NCBI GenBank assembly: GCA_965287045.1
Contig: OZ336886.1
Coordinates: 29,760,001-29,824,000 of the forward strand
From: Carcharhinus amblyrhynchos
Lineage: Eukaryota
Direction of reading: 5' to 3'
Length of the DNA: 64,000 nt
Shown here: in pieces, positions 24,731 through 38,184 of the stretch
Layout: each line of letters opens with the position of its first letter
Position numbering within the stretch: the stretch's first letter is position 1
Made by a program: the position numbers and the translations under genes
Notes under the pieces: model-generated
The model's input: only the letters and a program-made list of their open reading frames with translations
Told to the model about the DNA's origin: nothing
Database searches by the model: none

Positions 24731-26339
24731 GTACTGAATTGCTTTTGAAATGAAACATCTGTCAACTGCCAAAAATGAAATTCTGTTGGGGTACCAATTT
24801 ACAGAAAAACGTCAAAATAGTTATTGGATGGAAGCATTGCTAAGGACAAAGACTCAGATTTTGTGGTCAGCAACAAGTAAAGGCGCTGCCTGCAGACTTC
24901 AAAGAGAGTCTCAGAGACCTTGCAGATTGCAATGTTGTTCAATGGGAATCCAGTGCTGATCTGCAGTGATTTTTTTTAATCAACTATGCAAGCAGCAAAT
25001 CACGTTCAAGAATTCTCAGACAGCCTGCCAGGAAATGAAAAGCACTAACCAGCACATCATTTTTAAAAACAGCAAAATGAAGATTGAAACGTATGCATGG
25101 GACTAAAGTAGAAGTTGAAACATCATTAACAAACTTGAATTTTTATTATTTAAAAAATTAATGAATCATAATGGAAATTCTTAACAACATCCCACAAGTA
25201 TAACATTATTTCTCCATGGTCAAATTGCTGTTCTTTAGAAATACTGGCGGTCAGGTACTTTCTGCACTGCAAGTTGTGATCTTCCTAACTCCTAAGCACT
25301 CATAAATCAAGCAGCAGAGCTGATGGGTCATGCAGATTCTGCCAGTCTACTCTTGTGCACACATTCATCAGGAGAAGTATTACTCACTCAGATAAAAAAC
25401 CTGATGCCATAATGAACCCCAGTGAACCAATAAACAGCTCCATCGACAATGCCTGTCTGTTCCACTCCATTCTGTCACAGATTCATCACTAGCTCTCGGA
25501 AGCTAACATGCTATAAATCATACTCGCATTCACCACAACCTATTTTCTTTAAACTAAGACCTTACTAAAAATTAGGCTAAGAGTAATGGGGTGGCTTCAC
25601 AGCCACTTAGCAGATAATACAGTAGATAATACAGTAATAATAGGGTGCTTAAAGGTGAGACTTTAACTACCCAAGATATACCTATATTACCATATAAGCC
25701 TTATATCTACAAGGTTTGAACCTCACCTAAATACTACAACTTGGCAAATCAAATGTTAAAATTACTTGGCCAAAATCAAAGACCATAAAACTGCAAATCT
25801 ATGTTTTTGCTCCAATGATATCATCATATCTTTCATAATATCAGACTCAATTAAAAAATTTTCTGCCCAGATGTGGAATATAATTTAGCGACACATGCTC
25901 AGCTGCCTGGAAGTATACAATCTACTTAAAAATGACAGCAGGCTGAAGTTGAGCTTCTCCTTGCCTCACAAAGCAAAGATTTTCTACAATTCATTAAAAT
26001 GGCAATCAAAGGCAAGTATACTTTAATATTTTAGCACAATGTCTTTCTTCAGCATTCAGGGTCTTGCACCAACATCAACTTAAAGATGCTGACCACGTTG
26101 CTGTGCATTTCCAGTTTTTGTCTTTATTTCAAATTGCCAGCATTTTTCCCTTATTCACAAAATTATCTAGCCCAAGCAGACAGGATTTTCTTACTAGAAT
26201 TCAATAAATAACTCTGGAAAAACATATATGCAGGTATATTTAATTATACTCCAGTGTTGTTTGCTAGACTTATAGGTTTTCAACATAACAAAACAGAATG
26301 CCAACATCACTTTACATCAGGTTTTGCCTCTCTAGCCAG

Positions 26340-27315
26340 TTCCACTATTCAAATAGATTGATTTGCTTTGTAAGGTAGACAAGGGTTATAGGAGATAGAC
26401 AGGAAGTTAGAGCTGAGGCCAGAAACAGATCAGCCACAATCTTATCGTATGGTACAGCAGGTTCAAGAGGTTGAATGGTCTCCTCCTGTGCCTACTTTGT
26501 GTTATGTTCGTGGTGGAGAAATGATTTGAAAACATCTGGAGGGACTTGATGTCCACTTGGAAAGTCAAGGAGTAATCAAAGATAGTCAGCATGGCTTTGT
26601 CAGGGAGAGGTCATGTCTAACAAATCTGATTAGATTTTAAAGAGATGACTAGGTGTGTAGATGAGGGCAGTGCAGTTGATGTAGTCTACATCAACTTCAG
26701 CACAGCTTTTGACAAGGTCCCATAGGGGAGACTGATCAAGATGATAAGAGCCCATGAGACACAGGAAAATTTGGATCCAAAATTGGTTTAGTGGCAGGAG
26801 GCAGAGGGTGATGGTCAACGGTTTTTTTTGTGATTGGAGTCTGTGTCCAGTGGTGTATCAGCGGGATCGGTGTTGGACAACTTGCTGTTTGCAGTGTACA
26901 TTAATGATCTAGACATGAAAGTAGAAAGTATGATCAGTAAGTTTGCAGATGACATAAAAGCTGGTAACGTGATAAACAGTGGGAAAGAAAGCCTTAGATT
27001 ACAGGACAACATAGATGGGCTGATCAGATGGCCAGAACAGTGGCAAAATGCAAACTACTGCTGAAAAGTGCTGTGATGCAATTTGGGATGACTAACAAGC
27101 CAAGGGAATATACAACGAATGGTGGGACACTAGCAAATGGGACACTTGCCACTCTTAGTCGAGGCATAGACTATAAGAGCAGGGAGATTATGTTGGACCT
27201 GTATAATACATTTATTAAGCCACAGCTGGAGTGGTGTGCGCAACTCTGGTCATCACACTACATAGAGGATGTGACCGCACAGGAAATTCACCAGAAGGTC
27301 GCTTGGGCTGGAATG
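26340..27315 (+). mobile_element. CR1 3' UTR piece followed by degenerate CR1 RT
   Basis: SQHGFV, MISKFADD and IKPQLEWCAQLW motifs with frameshifts. Confidence 0.85.
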
Positions 27316-27444
27316 TTTCATAGCACGGCTGATGTTAAATGCAAGAATATTTTAAATCCTAGAAGAACTGTATTTTGCAATTCACAATCTCATATATAAA
27401 TCCCTTCAAAGTTGCAAGATTGTCCAGCTCTCTCCAATCATGAT

Positions 27445-29160
27445 GCATTATGGCAGAGGTGCTTAACGAGTACTTCACCTCAGTATTCACAGTGGAAGCT
27501 GATCTGGGAGATTTTGTTATGGATTTGCAGCAGATGGAAAAGATTGAGTACGTGAATATTAAGGAGGAGGAAGTGTTGGAACTTTTGAATTCTATCAAGG
27601 TAGATAAGTCGCCTGGACCAGATGGGATGTACCCCAGGATACTGTGGGAGACGAGGGAAGAGATTGCAGAGCCCCTGGCGATGATCTTTGCGTCGTCAAT
27701 GGAGACGGGAGAGGTTCCAGAGGATTGGAGGATTGCGGATGTAGTTCCTATTTTCAAGAAAGGGAACAGAGATAGCCCGGGAAATTACCGACTGGTGAGT
27801 CTGACCTCAGTAGTTGGTAAGCTGATGGAGAGGCTTCTGAGGGACAAGATTTACGAACATTTGGAGAGGTTTGACATGATCAGGAATAGTCAGCATGGAT
27901 TTGTCAAGGGCAGGTCGTGCCTTACAAGCCTAGTTGAGTTCTTCGATAACGTGACTGAACACATTGACGAAGGAAGTGCCGTGGACGTAGTGTACATGGA
28001 CTTCAGCAAGGCGTTTGATAAGGTCCCCCATGCAAGACTTCTTGAGAAGGTGAGAGGGCATGGGATCCAAGGGCCTTTGGCCTTGTGGATCCAGAATTGG
28101 CTTGCCTGCAGAAGGCAGAGAGTGGTTGTGGATGGGGCTTTTTCTGAATGGAGGTCAGTCACCAGCAGAGTGCCTCAAGGATCTGTTCTGGGACCCTTGT
28201 TGTTTGTCATTTTCATAAATGACCTGGATGAGGAAGTGGAGGGATGGGTAAGTAAGTTCGCTGATGACACTAAGGTCGGTGGTGTTGTGGATGGTCTGGA
28301 AGGATGGAAAAAGTTGCAGCAGGACATAGATAGGATGCAGGACTGGGCGGAGAAGTGGCAGATGGACTTCAACACGGATAAATGTGTAGTCGTCCATTTT
28401 GGCAGAACCAACAGGATGAACGAGTACACTATCAAGGGCAGAAGTCTGAGTAGTGTTGAAGAGCAGAAGGATCTAGGGGTCCGGGTCCACAGGACTCTTA
28501 AATCGGCCTCGCAGGTGGAGGAGGTGGTCAAGAAGGCGTATGGTGTACTGGCCTTCATTAATCGAGGGATTGAGTTTAGGAGTCGGGAGGTAATGCTGCA
28601 ACTTTATAAGACCCTTGTCAGGCCTCATTTAGAGTATTGTGCGCAGTTCTGGTCGCCTCACTATAGGAAAGATGTAGAAGCTATTGAGAGGGTACAGAGG
28701 AGATTTACAAGGATGTTGCCTGGACTGGGAGGCATGCCTTATGAAGTTAGGTGGAGGGAGCTGGGACTCTTTTCCCTGGAGAGACGAAGGTTGAGAGGCG
28801 ACCTGATAGAAGTTTACAAAATGTTGAGAGGAATAGATAGGGTGGACTCTCAGAGGCTATTTCCCCGGGTTGAAATGGTTGCTACGAGAGGACACAGATT
28901 TAAGGTGCAAGGAGGGAAGTTCAGAAGTGATGTTAGGGGTAAGTTTTTCACTCAGAGGGTGGTGAGTGAATGGAATCGGCTGCCGTCAGTGGTGGTGGAG
29001 GCAAACTCGCTGGGGTCTTTTAAAAGACTTCTGGATGAGTATACGGGGTTTAATGAGATTGAGGGTTATAGATAGGTCTGTAGGTTGGTAGGTGTTGATG
29101 TGATCGGCGCAACTCGTGGGCCGAAGGGCCTGTTTGTGCTGTAGTGTTCTATGTTCTATT
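27445..29160 (+). mobile_element. Young 5'-truncated CR1 LINE; ORF2 fragment 27450-29075 (541 aa, RT domain) uninterrupted
   Basis: KSPGPDG, QHGF, DFSKAFDKV, PQGSVLGP and FADD motifs, 3' UTR and ttctatgttctat tail. No endonuclease domain or ORF1. Confidence 0.95.
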
Positions 29161-29699
29161 ATTGCCAATAAATGCATTCTTCCTCTTGGCCGTGCTGTCC
29201 TTCAGCACAAGATACACTGTATCCTCACTGACAAGAGCCTTCAGATTTCTTATCTCTGTATTCTAGAAGCATTTCATTCATAAAGTGTAAACATACAGTA
29301 GAAAACAGTTAAAATTTGACAAAGTGGAATACAGGACAAATTGTGTCAATATTTTGAGGAGCTTCATTATACTGAAAATATAACATATAATAGCAAAAGT
29401 ACATTTCACATCAAAACATTCTCTAATGCATACAGCCTAAGGTTTTTACAAGGTTTCCAGTCACTTGGTATTGTATGCAATAGTGGCCTTTCCCCATTGA
29501 AGCTTTGGTTGTTTCCATCTTCAGAGCATCCCTCAGCACGTGATCCTGGAATGTGCCAACCTACAAGACTAGGTCCCTAACAGTTACTCGCACTATACAT
29601 CAATTTTTGGATTGAGCAAGAGCTTCTTCTTTCACTAAGTTGACCATCCTCCAACAACAGCTTACATGCATCTGTGGGTACCCCCAGGAACAGCCTTTA

Positions 29700-30045
29700 G
29701 AATGGTTTGGGATGAATCTTAACAAAATCTAATACCCTAAATGTGCAGGGAGAATCTGACAGAAAGGGTCCTCCCCACCACCAGCCAAGCCACGTGTGTG
29801 TGCTTGTTTGAAAGTTCTGATGAAGTATTCTGCCAAATGATTTTGAGTGCGCTGAGGGAACCATTTGACCAGGATATGCTTTCTCCTATTTATGCAGATT
29901 CTTGAGGATGCTAGTGTGTGGGCCACTAACTGATGGGTGTGTGGTCAAAGGCATTTTTCTGCATAAACTTTCCGTGAGAGGCAGGCAATACAGCACGTGC
30001 AACTGAATAGGACGTTCTGCAGCAATGTGGTCAACCCCATCCTTC
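29700..30045 (-). mobile_element. Tx1/L1-group LINE ORF2 remnant
   Basis: Frameshifted minus-strand translation KFMQKNAFDH...WQNTSSELSNKH..AWLVV resembles the Tx1 post-RT region. Confidence 0.55.
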
Positions 30046-30307
30046 GCAACAATCCCTCCAACTAGCTGCATCTCTCTTCCACATATCTGTCTTTTCTCAT
30101 CCTTCAGACACCTTCCACAATTTGTTCCTCCTGTCACATTCTTGCTAAATGCCTGACTCCATTTCAAGGAGCACTTTTGGGACCTCATTTCATTAGAGTT
30201 GCTGCACAAATGAAAAAGTTAGTGATTCCCAGAACAAATAAAGTTGCTTGCTTGCGTAATCAGATTTAACTCAAGGTATTGCTTTGGGATGCTGAACGTA
30301 GGATTTG

Positions 30308-30750
30308 CGTGCAGGAGTTGGCCATTCATCCTTTGAGCCTGCTCTGCCGTTCAACGTGATCAAGGCTGAACCTCTATCTCAATGCCATAGAGGCAGGAAC
30401 CTTCACAACATTTAAGCATTTAGATGAGCACTTAAAACACCATAGAGTACAAGGCTATGTACCAAGTGCTGTTTAGACTAGATAGGTGCTTGATGGCCGG
30501 TACAGACACAAGGGGCCAAAGAGCCTCTGTGTACTGCAAAACTCTATGAATAGGTTGCAGCATCTATCTGTCTTGCGTTCATAACCCTCATACCATTGCC
30601 TTATGAGTATGTATCAATCTTGATTTTGGAAGTCTCAACAATTTTCTGAGGAGGAAAGAGATCCACGATTTCCATCATTCTGTCATCATTTAATGAACTG
30701 AAAACATCTCAATTACATCACCCTTCATCTTCCCTATTCAAGGTATTACA
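30308..30750. mobile_element. Nested CR1 3' ends (a + copy at ~30388-30550 inside a - copy)
   Basis: CR1 3' UTR motifs in opposite orientations. Confidence 0.6.
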
Positions 30751-30917
30751 AGCCCAATGATCATGAGTGACATATAATAGTCGGCAATTACAGTTAGAAA
30801 GACAGGTCTTTTAAATAGCCAGTGTGAATAACACTAATAGCTTTTACAAAAATATACTGTAACTGTCCATTTATTAGCCAATTTGAGCATTAATTTATAA
30901 ACAATATGAATGCATAC

Positions 30918-31069
30918 CCTTTCTGGCTGTGCAAACGTTCCAGCATTGCAAGGTGTTCTAGGATCCCATAGCTTGACTGTTTGATCCCAACTTCCCGTAA
31001 CCATTACATTCACTTCCGGACAGTATTCAACACAACGAATTGAAGCATCGTGCGAACCCACAATAGATT
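30918..31069 (-). CDS. BUB3: BUB3 coding exon 3 (SIVGSHDASIRCVEYCPEVNVMVTGSWDQTVKLWDPRTPCNAGTFAQPER)
   Basis: 152 nt, AG/GT boundaries, phase consistent with neighbouring exons. Confidence 0.96.
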
Positions 31070-31125
31070 CTATAAAAAAAGATCAAATTAACTGAATTGT
31101 GCCTTACATCAAGGAAAAACTGGCA

Positions 31126-31402
31126 GTTTATTTATTTTTTTATTAGTGTCACAAGTATGCTTACATTAACACTGCAATAAAGTTACTGTGAAAATCCCCT
31201 AGTCGCCACACTCTGGCACCTGTTCGAACACCGAGGGAGAATTTAGCATGACCAATGCACCAAACAGTCTTTTAGACTGTCGGAGGAAACTCATGCTGAC
31301 GAGGGGAGAACATGCAGACTCCACAAAGACAGTGGCTCAAGCCGGGAATCGAACCCAAATCCCTGGCACTGTGATGCAGCAGTGCTAACCACCATGCTAC
31401 TG
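31126..31402 (-). mobile_element. HE1-like V-SINE (tail A)
   Basis: Same structure as 2966-3255. Confidence 0.8.
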
Positions 31403-32931
31403 TCAGTTTACTCCCTATAGGAACAAAGTGTGATTTCTTCATTGTAATACAACTGCCAGCTGGAATGCCCTTGGGATACACCCTTTCAAAAAGTGGGCAA
31501 GTTGAAGATATGGTACCCATGCTTCCCAGCTCAAGCCACATAGGTGCATACCATAGAGTCTCAAAGGCCAGAGCGGTCTAAACTTTCATCTTTCAAAGTT
31601 GCTGGATACTGAAGTGTTCATTCATAATTTATGTAGCCACTCAACCGAACAAAACCACCCCCATGACTCAAAGCTTACAATAAATGGACCAAAACAACAA
31701 GCAAGAATTGAGAGGGTAAATATAATGAAATCACTTGGGCTTTGAAGTTGCTGTGGCCCACGAGTTGCGAAATGGAACGTTTCTAGTAATCACTTTCTGC
31801 TTTAAGTACTCCTCCATTTTTATTTAAATTAGAAAATAATCTGATGCAATCTTTAAATACTGAATTTATCAAAACAGTGGACTTTACCGTCCCTAACCCA
31901 CTTCAGTAACATCAATAATAGGAGTGCATGCAGTGTAAACAAGGGGCAGTAGTTGGAAACCAATCCAAGAGTAATTCTAGGATTACCTTCCTCCAAAGTA
32001 CAGCCCTCAGAGCAGAATGAAGTCATAAGACACCCCCACCACACCCAAGTGATTGTAATGCAACCTGTCTTCAACATACACCAGAGCTTTCGCCTCAAGA
32101 GTCAGATGAACTGTTCCTTCACCATAACCTTTATCACCTCGCAATAGTGATTCAACCAACATAGCAGACATTCAGGAAACTTTCCCATTAGCTTAAAATT
32201 TAGGGCCTTTAATGTCAATTTTGAAGATAGTTTTAAAATCAGCGAAATTATGTGTATGTGTAGGTTTTCCTGAATCTTGTAATGGAAGATTTTCGTATTG
32301 TAAGCTCAAAGATTCTTAAACGAACGAGTTGCACTTCTAAAACGTAGCTGGAAGCAGAGATTACCAATCAAATTCTAAATCAAAGACAAGCGGGAACGGC
32401 AAAGGGGTTTAAAATTATGGAAGAGCCAGAACAAGATTAAGAAGTCTACAACAATGGAACATAGATGAGTAAATACAAGATGTTGAGGGCAAAGAACATT
32501 TTATATAGAGGTTGTGAGACTGCAGTATACAATCAGTTAGTTATTAAAGCACAGACAATGTCAACATTGGCTGCAGGAAAGAGGAACAAAGGAATACAGG
32601 AAAAGAATGGGCATCACAGATTAGGACAATTGCTCACACAAGATACACATCAGCACAGGCTGCTCAAGTCAAATAGAAATTAGAACATAGCCTAATGTTA
32701 CATCAAAAAGAAAAAACGGGAGATGGGCTTTCAGTTTTGTTAAGTTTAATATACTCTGTCAGATTGGTAAATCACAAACCTTCAAAGCTCAAACAACCAA
32801 TGCAATGAAATAATTTCTATGAGCTAAAGGTATCTTCACAAACTTGGGAGCATAATTTAGCTTATATAAAAATATTTCCAAGAACATCATTTAACTCCTT
32901 ACACAGCATGTTTAACATAAGCATTGCTCAC

Positions 32932-33001
32932 CCTGGTCTGTGTTTAAATCACGCATTTTCAGTGAAAGGTCCAGTCCGCCACTCCATGAATGAGTCGGGT
33001 C
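32932..33001 (-). CDS. BUB3: BUB3 coding exon 2 (DPTHSWSGGLDLSLKMRDLNTDQ)
   Basis: 70 nt, TAG acceptor and G|GTGAGC donor. Absent from the ORF track. Confidence 0.93.
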
Positions 33002-33720
33002 CTATTAATAGGGACAAGTGGACAATTAAACACTGTTAGTACACAGCTTACTTTGGACCAATATTTGTTTTATCAAAGTACCAATATTTACAATGAAATG
33101 GCGACATCTGTACTTCTCAAGTATGCCACAGAAGAAACAATCTTTATCAAAACAATACAATATGATGGAATAGCTATCACATTCCGTAAAGAATACACAG
33201 AAAATCTGTACTTCATCCTTCAAAATGTAAACTTTGGATAGCTCATGAATAACTCATTGAAATAATTAATTACTGCAAAATAATTAACCAAGAAACACAT
33301 AGGATTCTCAGATTCTTGAAATCATGTGTCACGTGATGGTGTTTCACTGTTTGCTCCACATATTAATAAAAGCTATATGATCAGCAACAAGACACATTTT
33401 AGGGTCACACTGAAGTAAGCTGGAGACGCACTACCGAAGCCCAGAGATTCAGTTAATTTCTTATGGAAATTAATATTCCAAAATAAACTTTGCAGTCCAG
33501 CCAGAGAAATAATGGGGTGAAGGAAAAATAAAATTAAATGCAAACCTGTTGCATACAGCAGCTTCAACTAACCTATTCCACATCAAGGTAAATGCTGAGA
33601 TCCAGGGCATAAGATCACAGTCTTAGAATAAGGAGAAAAGGAGTAATTGTTTACACGAACAGCTGTGAATTTCTGGAATTCTCTAGGGACTGGTGGAAGC
33701 TCAGTTAAGTACATTCAAGA

Positions 33721-33880
33721 TGTGGAGATACCGACGTTGGACTGGGGTGGGCACAGTAAGATGACTCACGACATTCCAACCATTATCTTGCATTTGCGTA
33801 TCTGTCTATATATGTCCTTTTTGTGAACCCAACTCTCCACTCACCTGAGGAAGGAACAGCATTCCGAAAGCTCGTGATTC
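33721..33880 (+). mobile_element. Short Penelope-like insert with intact minimal hammerhead motif (33841-33877) and 15-bp TSD, inside an old CR1 end (~33590-33990)
   Basis: taagtacattc(a/g)aga occurs at 33706-33720 and 33881-33895. Confidence 0.75.
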
Positions 33881-34649
33881 TAAGTACATTCGAGACACAC
33901 AGGTTGATAGGTGGTAATGAAATGAAGGGACAGAGTGAGAAGATAAAGTTGAGATAGATGATTGACCATGGTCTTACTGACGTAGCATAGTAGACTCTTC
34001 ATGCATAATCCATAAGACCATCAAAATAAACATTACCAATTTAACGATCTCCCCATTTTGTTAATAGAAACAGACGATACAGTAAAAGAGTTGCAGTAGG
34101 AGTTAGATTAACTTTTCAACTGGAAAATAAACAGCTAATCAGATTCAATATTGATAAATATAACTGTTTTGCACAGCTGTTAAGTTACACACTATAAATA
34201 TGCACTGAATTAAAACAAATTAGATTGATGACTGTATGATGAACAAGATAATAGCTGACATTATGTACTACGATCAGGCAATACATCCAAGTGCTAAGTA
34301 ATGGCAGAATGCAAGACAGTACAATTCAAGTCCCCATTGACACCAAGACATTAGTATTTATACCAAGTGCATAAATCAGACCTCAGATTGATTGTAAAAT
34401 ATTATAAAACATAAAATACATACATCCATTGGAAATTGTGCAAATTTCTGTTAGGGGAGCAAACACATGTTTTGTAGTGCAACCAAAAGTCATGAATGTT
34501 ACACTGCCATCCAGGTTCAAGAGTCAAGAAAAATAGAATGGAATACAAAAGATTTTATATGCTAAGTTTTGATTATTATTGGAACCCGTTACAAAAGAAA
34601 TAAAATCAAGGCCCTGAAGAAACATATAACTAAAAAATTTATATAAATG

Positions 34650-35130
34650 ACCTCAGAACCCAAAGCATTTTTAAACCAATAAAGTAACTTTAAAAAAAGT
34701 CACAATCGTTCCCAAAACCAGCAGTGCAATAATGACCAGATTAAACACTTAGACTGATCAAGAGATAAAACGTGAAAGGAACACTATGCCATGGGATATT
34801 TTATGCCCACCTGATAGTGCAGAGTCTCCAATTAATACTCTGACAGTGGATGCTGGGACAGTGAGTAAATTTGAGGAGTTAGACAGATTTTTAATTGGTA
34901 ATGGGTTGAAAGGTTACGGGGAGAAGGGCAGGAAAATAGGAATGAGGAGCATATCAGCCATAATCGAATGGCGGAGTGGACTCAATGGGCTAAATGGCCT
35001 AATTCTAATCTTATGAAGTAAGTTATATTTAACATTTTTTGGAGAAAATAATTTTTATTTAATAAGGCAACATATTCCCTCAGTACTGCACTGGAGTATC
35101 AGTCAGACTTCTGTGCTCAATTCTTTGATG
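34650..35130 (-). mobile_element. Old Deu-SINE interrupted by a + strand CR1 3' end (~34838-35015)
   Basis: ccctcagtactgcactggag and gccatgggat motifs flank the CR1 3' UTR. Confidence 0.55.
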
Positions 35131-35678
35131 AAATATATTAAAAAGTAATACCTCAAGGCTAATAAATCTTGGTTATTCTTAATAACAGGAAAAATAAGAT
35201 AAACAATTCAAATTTTTGGCAAAAGAAATTGGGGAAAGAAAGAAATTAGGTTCCTAGGACACTGCCAGAGCGACGCAAAGCTGGGACCAATGTGTTTACA
35301 CTGGAAGAGTAACCAATACTCCAAGGGAAAAACTAAATTAAATGTGGCAGAAGGGAAAACACACAAAGAAGCAGAAAAGAAAGCAGAAGGGTTGAGAAAA
35401 ACAAGAATAAGTTAGAAAGCAGTGGAATTATAACAGGATTAATCTGATATGAGCAGATTTTAGTTTCATGTATACAAACGAACAAAATATTTCAAATCTA
35501 TAGACATCTATTGCTTTGAGAGATATGCACAAACAGGCCTGGCTTAGGCTAATGCTTATTTTGGGTGATGTTTGAGGGTGAAGTCTAAACAGCAAAACAA
35601 ATATCCACATAGCTACTAGGTGAAATGTTTTCAGTTCTGGTAACTATAATTCAGTGGGAAAATAAAATTGCTTCTTAC

Positions 35679-35873
35679 ATGAAAAGCACAGTCCAGGACA
35701 GCTGCTGAATGCTGGTACTTGAGTCGCATGTTATTTGATGTGATGTCATATAAACGAACGGTACAGTCCCAGGATGACACCAACAGGAACTGAGAGGTGT
35801 TTGGACTGAACTTAATGGCAGAGATCCCATCTTCAGGGCACTGGTTTAGTTTGAATTCATTTGAACCTGTCAT
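35679..35873 (-). CDS. BUB3: BUB3 coding exon 1 (MTGSNEFKLNQCPEDGISAIKFSPNTSQFLLVSSWD...AVLDCAFH), spindle checkpoint WD40 protein
   Basis: 195 nt. CAG acceptor immediately before the ATG, GTAAGA donor. Recognisable BUB3 N-terminus. Confidence 0.97.
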
Positions 35874-36864
35874 CTGAAAATAAGTAATATAATACTTCAG
35901 TAAGATCTGTACTAATCATTGACAAACTTAAAACAGAGATCAGAGAACTGATTTGTTACCATCACTAATAATGATTCCTACTAGTCTAATTTAAATATCA
36001 CTCAGTACTTTGAGTGAAAACAAGGAAAAGATGTGCAATTAGATCAACCAAAAATAAAGCTTTGTGCACTTCTGGATTACAGTATTAACCACAATGACTA
36101 CTGTACCTTTCTCTTAAGCATGACTCTGAATCCCCTTTCTTCCAAAAACAATAAAATCCAATAATGAGCTACCAAAATGGTTCCCTCACATATAATCAGT
36201 CAACTGCCACAGCACAAGTGAAAATAAAAACTGAATCATGCTTAAAGGTCAATTTCAATGAAAGATCAAATTACCAATATGTTGGGAAAATGCAAAACTG
36301 CAGGGGTACCGCTCATATCTGTTGAATGCAGTTACACTGTTAGTAGTATACTCTTCATCAAATATCTTTAATCTTAAGACCTCAAGTAATATCAATTGGC
36401 TTGTACGGTGCTTCAACATAGATATGGATCTGTTGGACTATTTCAGCACTGTAAATACTTAATCAATTCTGTCTGTAACACGTTATTCAGACAATTTCTC
36501 CAAACATGTAGAAGTGAATAATTGCAACTCATTTTGTTCTTAAAGTTATATAATTTTAATTTTAAAAATCTCCTCTAAAATAACTGGATTTCTCAGTACT
36601 GTAGCTTACAACTCATGCCCTGTGCTTTGACACCCACCCACAATATTTAACCTGGTAACATGACTGATAGTAGGAGCAATTCATAATCAACATGTAGGTA
36701 CCAAATAGTAGTAACTGCATACAGCTCCGGAAACATTAAGATATTTTTCTGAATAAATGTACAAATTGGTTTTGAGAAATATAAATAAAATCAAACATGA
36801 CTGAGTTTCCATTTGCCTGTCATTTAATTCTCCATCTCATTCAGTACTCCATACTCCTAAGCTG

Positions 36865-36960
36865 TTCCAATGAAGTTCAATGCAAACTTGAGAAACATCA
36901 TCTCATTTTTCTACTAGGCAGTTTGCCACATTCAGGCTCTATTATTAAAGATTTCTAGTT
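36865..36960 (+). mobile_element. Penelope-like ORF C-terminal (GIY-YIG end) remnant
   Basis: EVQCKLEKHHLIF/LGSL..SG resembles the RKLEEQHLIFRLG.LQP.GLN ending of PLE ORFs. Confidence 0.45.
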
Positions 36961-37504
36961 TCCAGCAGATGCTGGAAACAGAAATTGACAGCATTAGAGC
37001 TCTTGGAATGGGTAAGTGCGTTGGGTTGGGACCTCCTATTTGTACATTGCAAGGGGATGGTGTGCACTTGACGTCTACCTGCTTTTTCTCAGCTAGGCAG
37101 GTCCCTCCACAATGGCAGAATTTCCACATTTCTCTGCCTCGCTATTGTTATTATTTATATCTCTTCTGAATTCATCTTTTGTTTTTTTTTAATCCCTCTT
37201 TCATCACTAAACTACTCCAGTTCTCCACCCTGGTACAGATCTTTCCCTGTATATAATAAATTCCAGTCCGGATTCAGCCAAATTTATTTTAATTGTTCAC
37301 TGGAAAGCTATTCTTCCCATTGCTGGGGTGTTAATGGCATCAAAACACTCCCCACTAAGATCCTCTACCAATAACCATAGTTTGTCATTTACAATAGCGC
37401 CTCTACTTAATATTCAAGTAGGACCTGGAACAGTTTCTGGCATACGTAATAACACAATATCCTATACAACAATGAGCCATCTAAACCCCATAACCTATCA
37501 TACA

Positions 37505-37768
37505 GGACAACATGGTGGCACAATGATTAGCACTGCTACCTCACAGCACCAGGGACCAAGGTTCAATTCCAGCTTGGTTCAGTGTGTGGAATCTGTACGT
37601 TCTCTTGTTTCCTCCCACAGTCCAAAAGATGTGCTAGTTAAGTGCATTAGCCATACTAAATTCTCCCAATGTCCCTGAACAGGCGATGGAACTTGGCATC
37701 TAGGGGATTTTCACAGTAACTTCACTGAAGTGTTAATGTAAGCTTACTTGTGACACTAATAAATAAAA
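37505..37768 (+). mobile_element. HE1-like V-SINE (tail A)
   Basis: Head ggtggcacaatgattagcactgc..ggttcaattcc, followed by tail A. Confidence 0.8.
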
Positions 37769-37789
37769 TCTATTTATTTCCTTCAGATT

Positions 37790-37885
37790 TCCTGCAGACA
37801 CAGTGAGAACATGCAAACTCTGCACAAACAGTGACCCAAACCAGGAACTGAACCCAGGGGCCTGATGCTTTGAGGCAGCAGTGCC
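37790..37885 (-). mobile_element. V-SINE 5' fragment, inverted relative to its neighbour
   Basis: gagaacatgcaaactc..gtgaccc..gaacccagg motif. Confidence 0.7.
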
Positions 37886-38184
37886 TCACCCTCATCCCTC
37901 TCTTCCACTCCATCCATGGCTTCATTCCCTCTGTATCTCTAACCTTCTCCAACTCTGTAACCCCTCTGTAAGCATTCCATTGCAGCACCTTGTGCATTTC
38001 TCATGCTGCTAATTCTCATATTCTCCCTCCTGTAAGGAATGGCTTTCAACAACTTTAATTTTTAAAAAAATACTGTAGAAACACACTCCCCTGACTATTT
38101 TATTGCAGAGAGTCGGGTTGACAAACCTAGATTAGTGTAGGCCTGTTAAATCTGGAAACAACATGATTCTAGAGTAAACATTCC

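Noticed and set aside
27359-28558. Minus-strand ORFs of 80-132 aa
   Set aside because: Antisense shadows of the CR1 RT.
27450-29075. 541-aa ORF as a host gene or novel reverse transcriptase system
   Set aside because: It is an ordinary 5'-truncated CR1 ORF2 with the LINE 3' UTR and tail. The Met is internal to ORF2.
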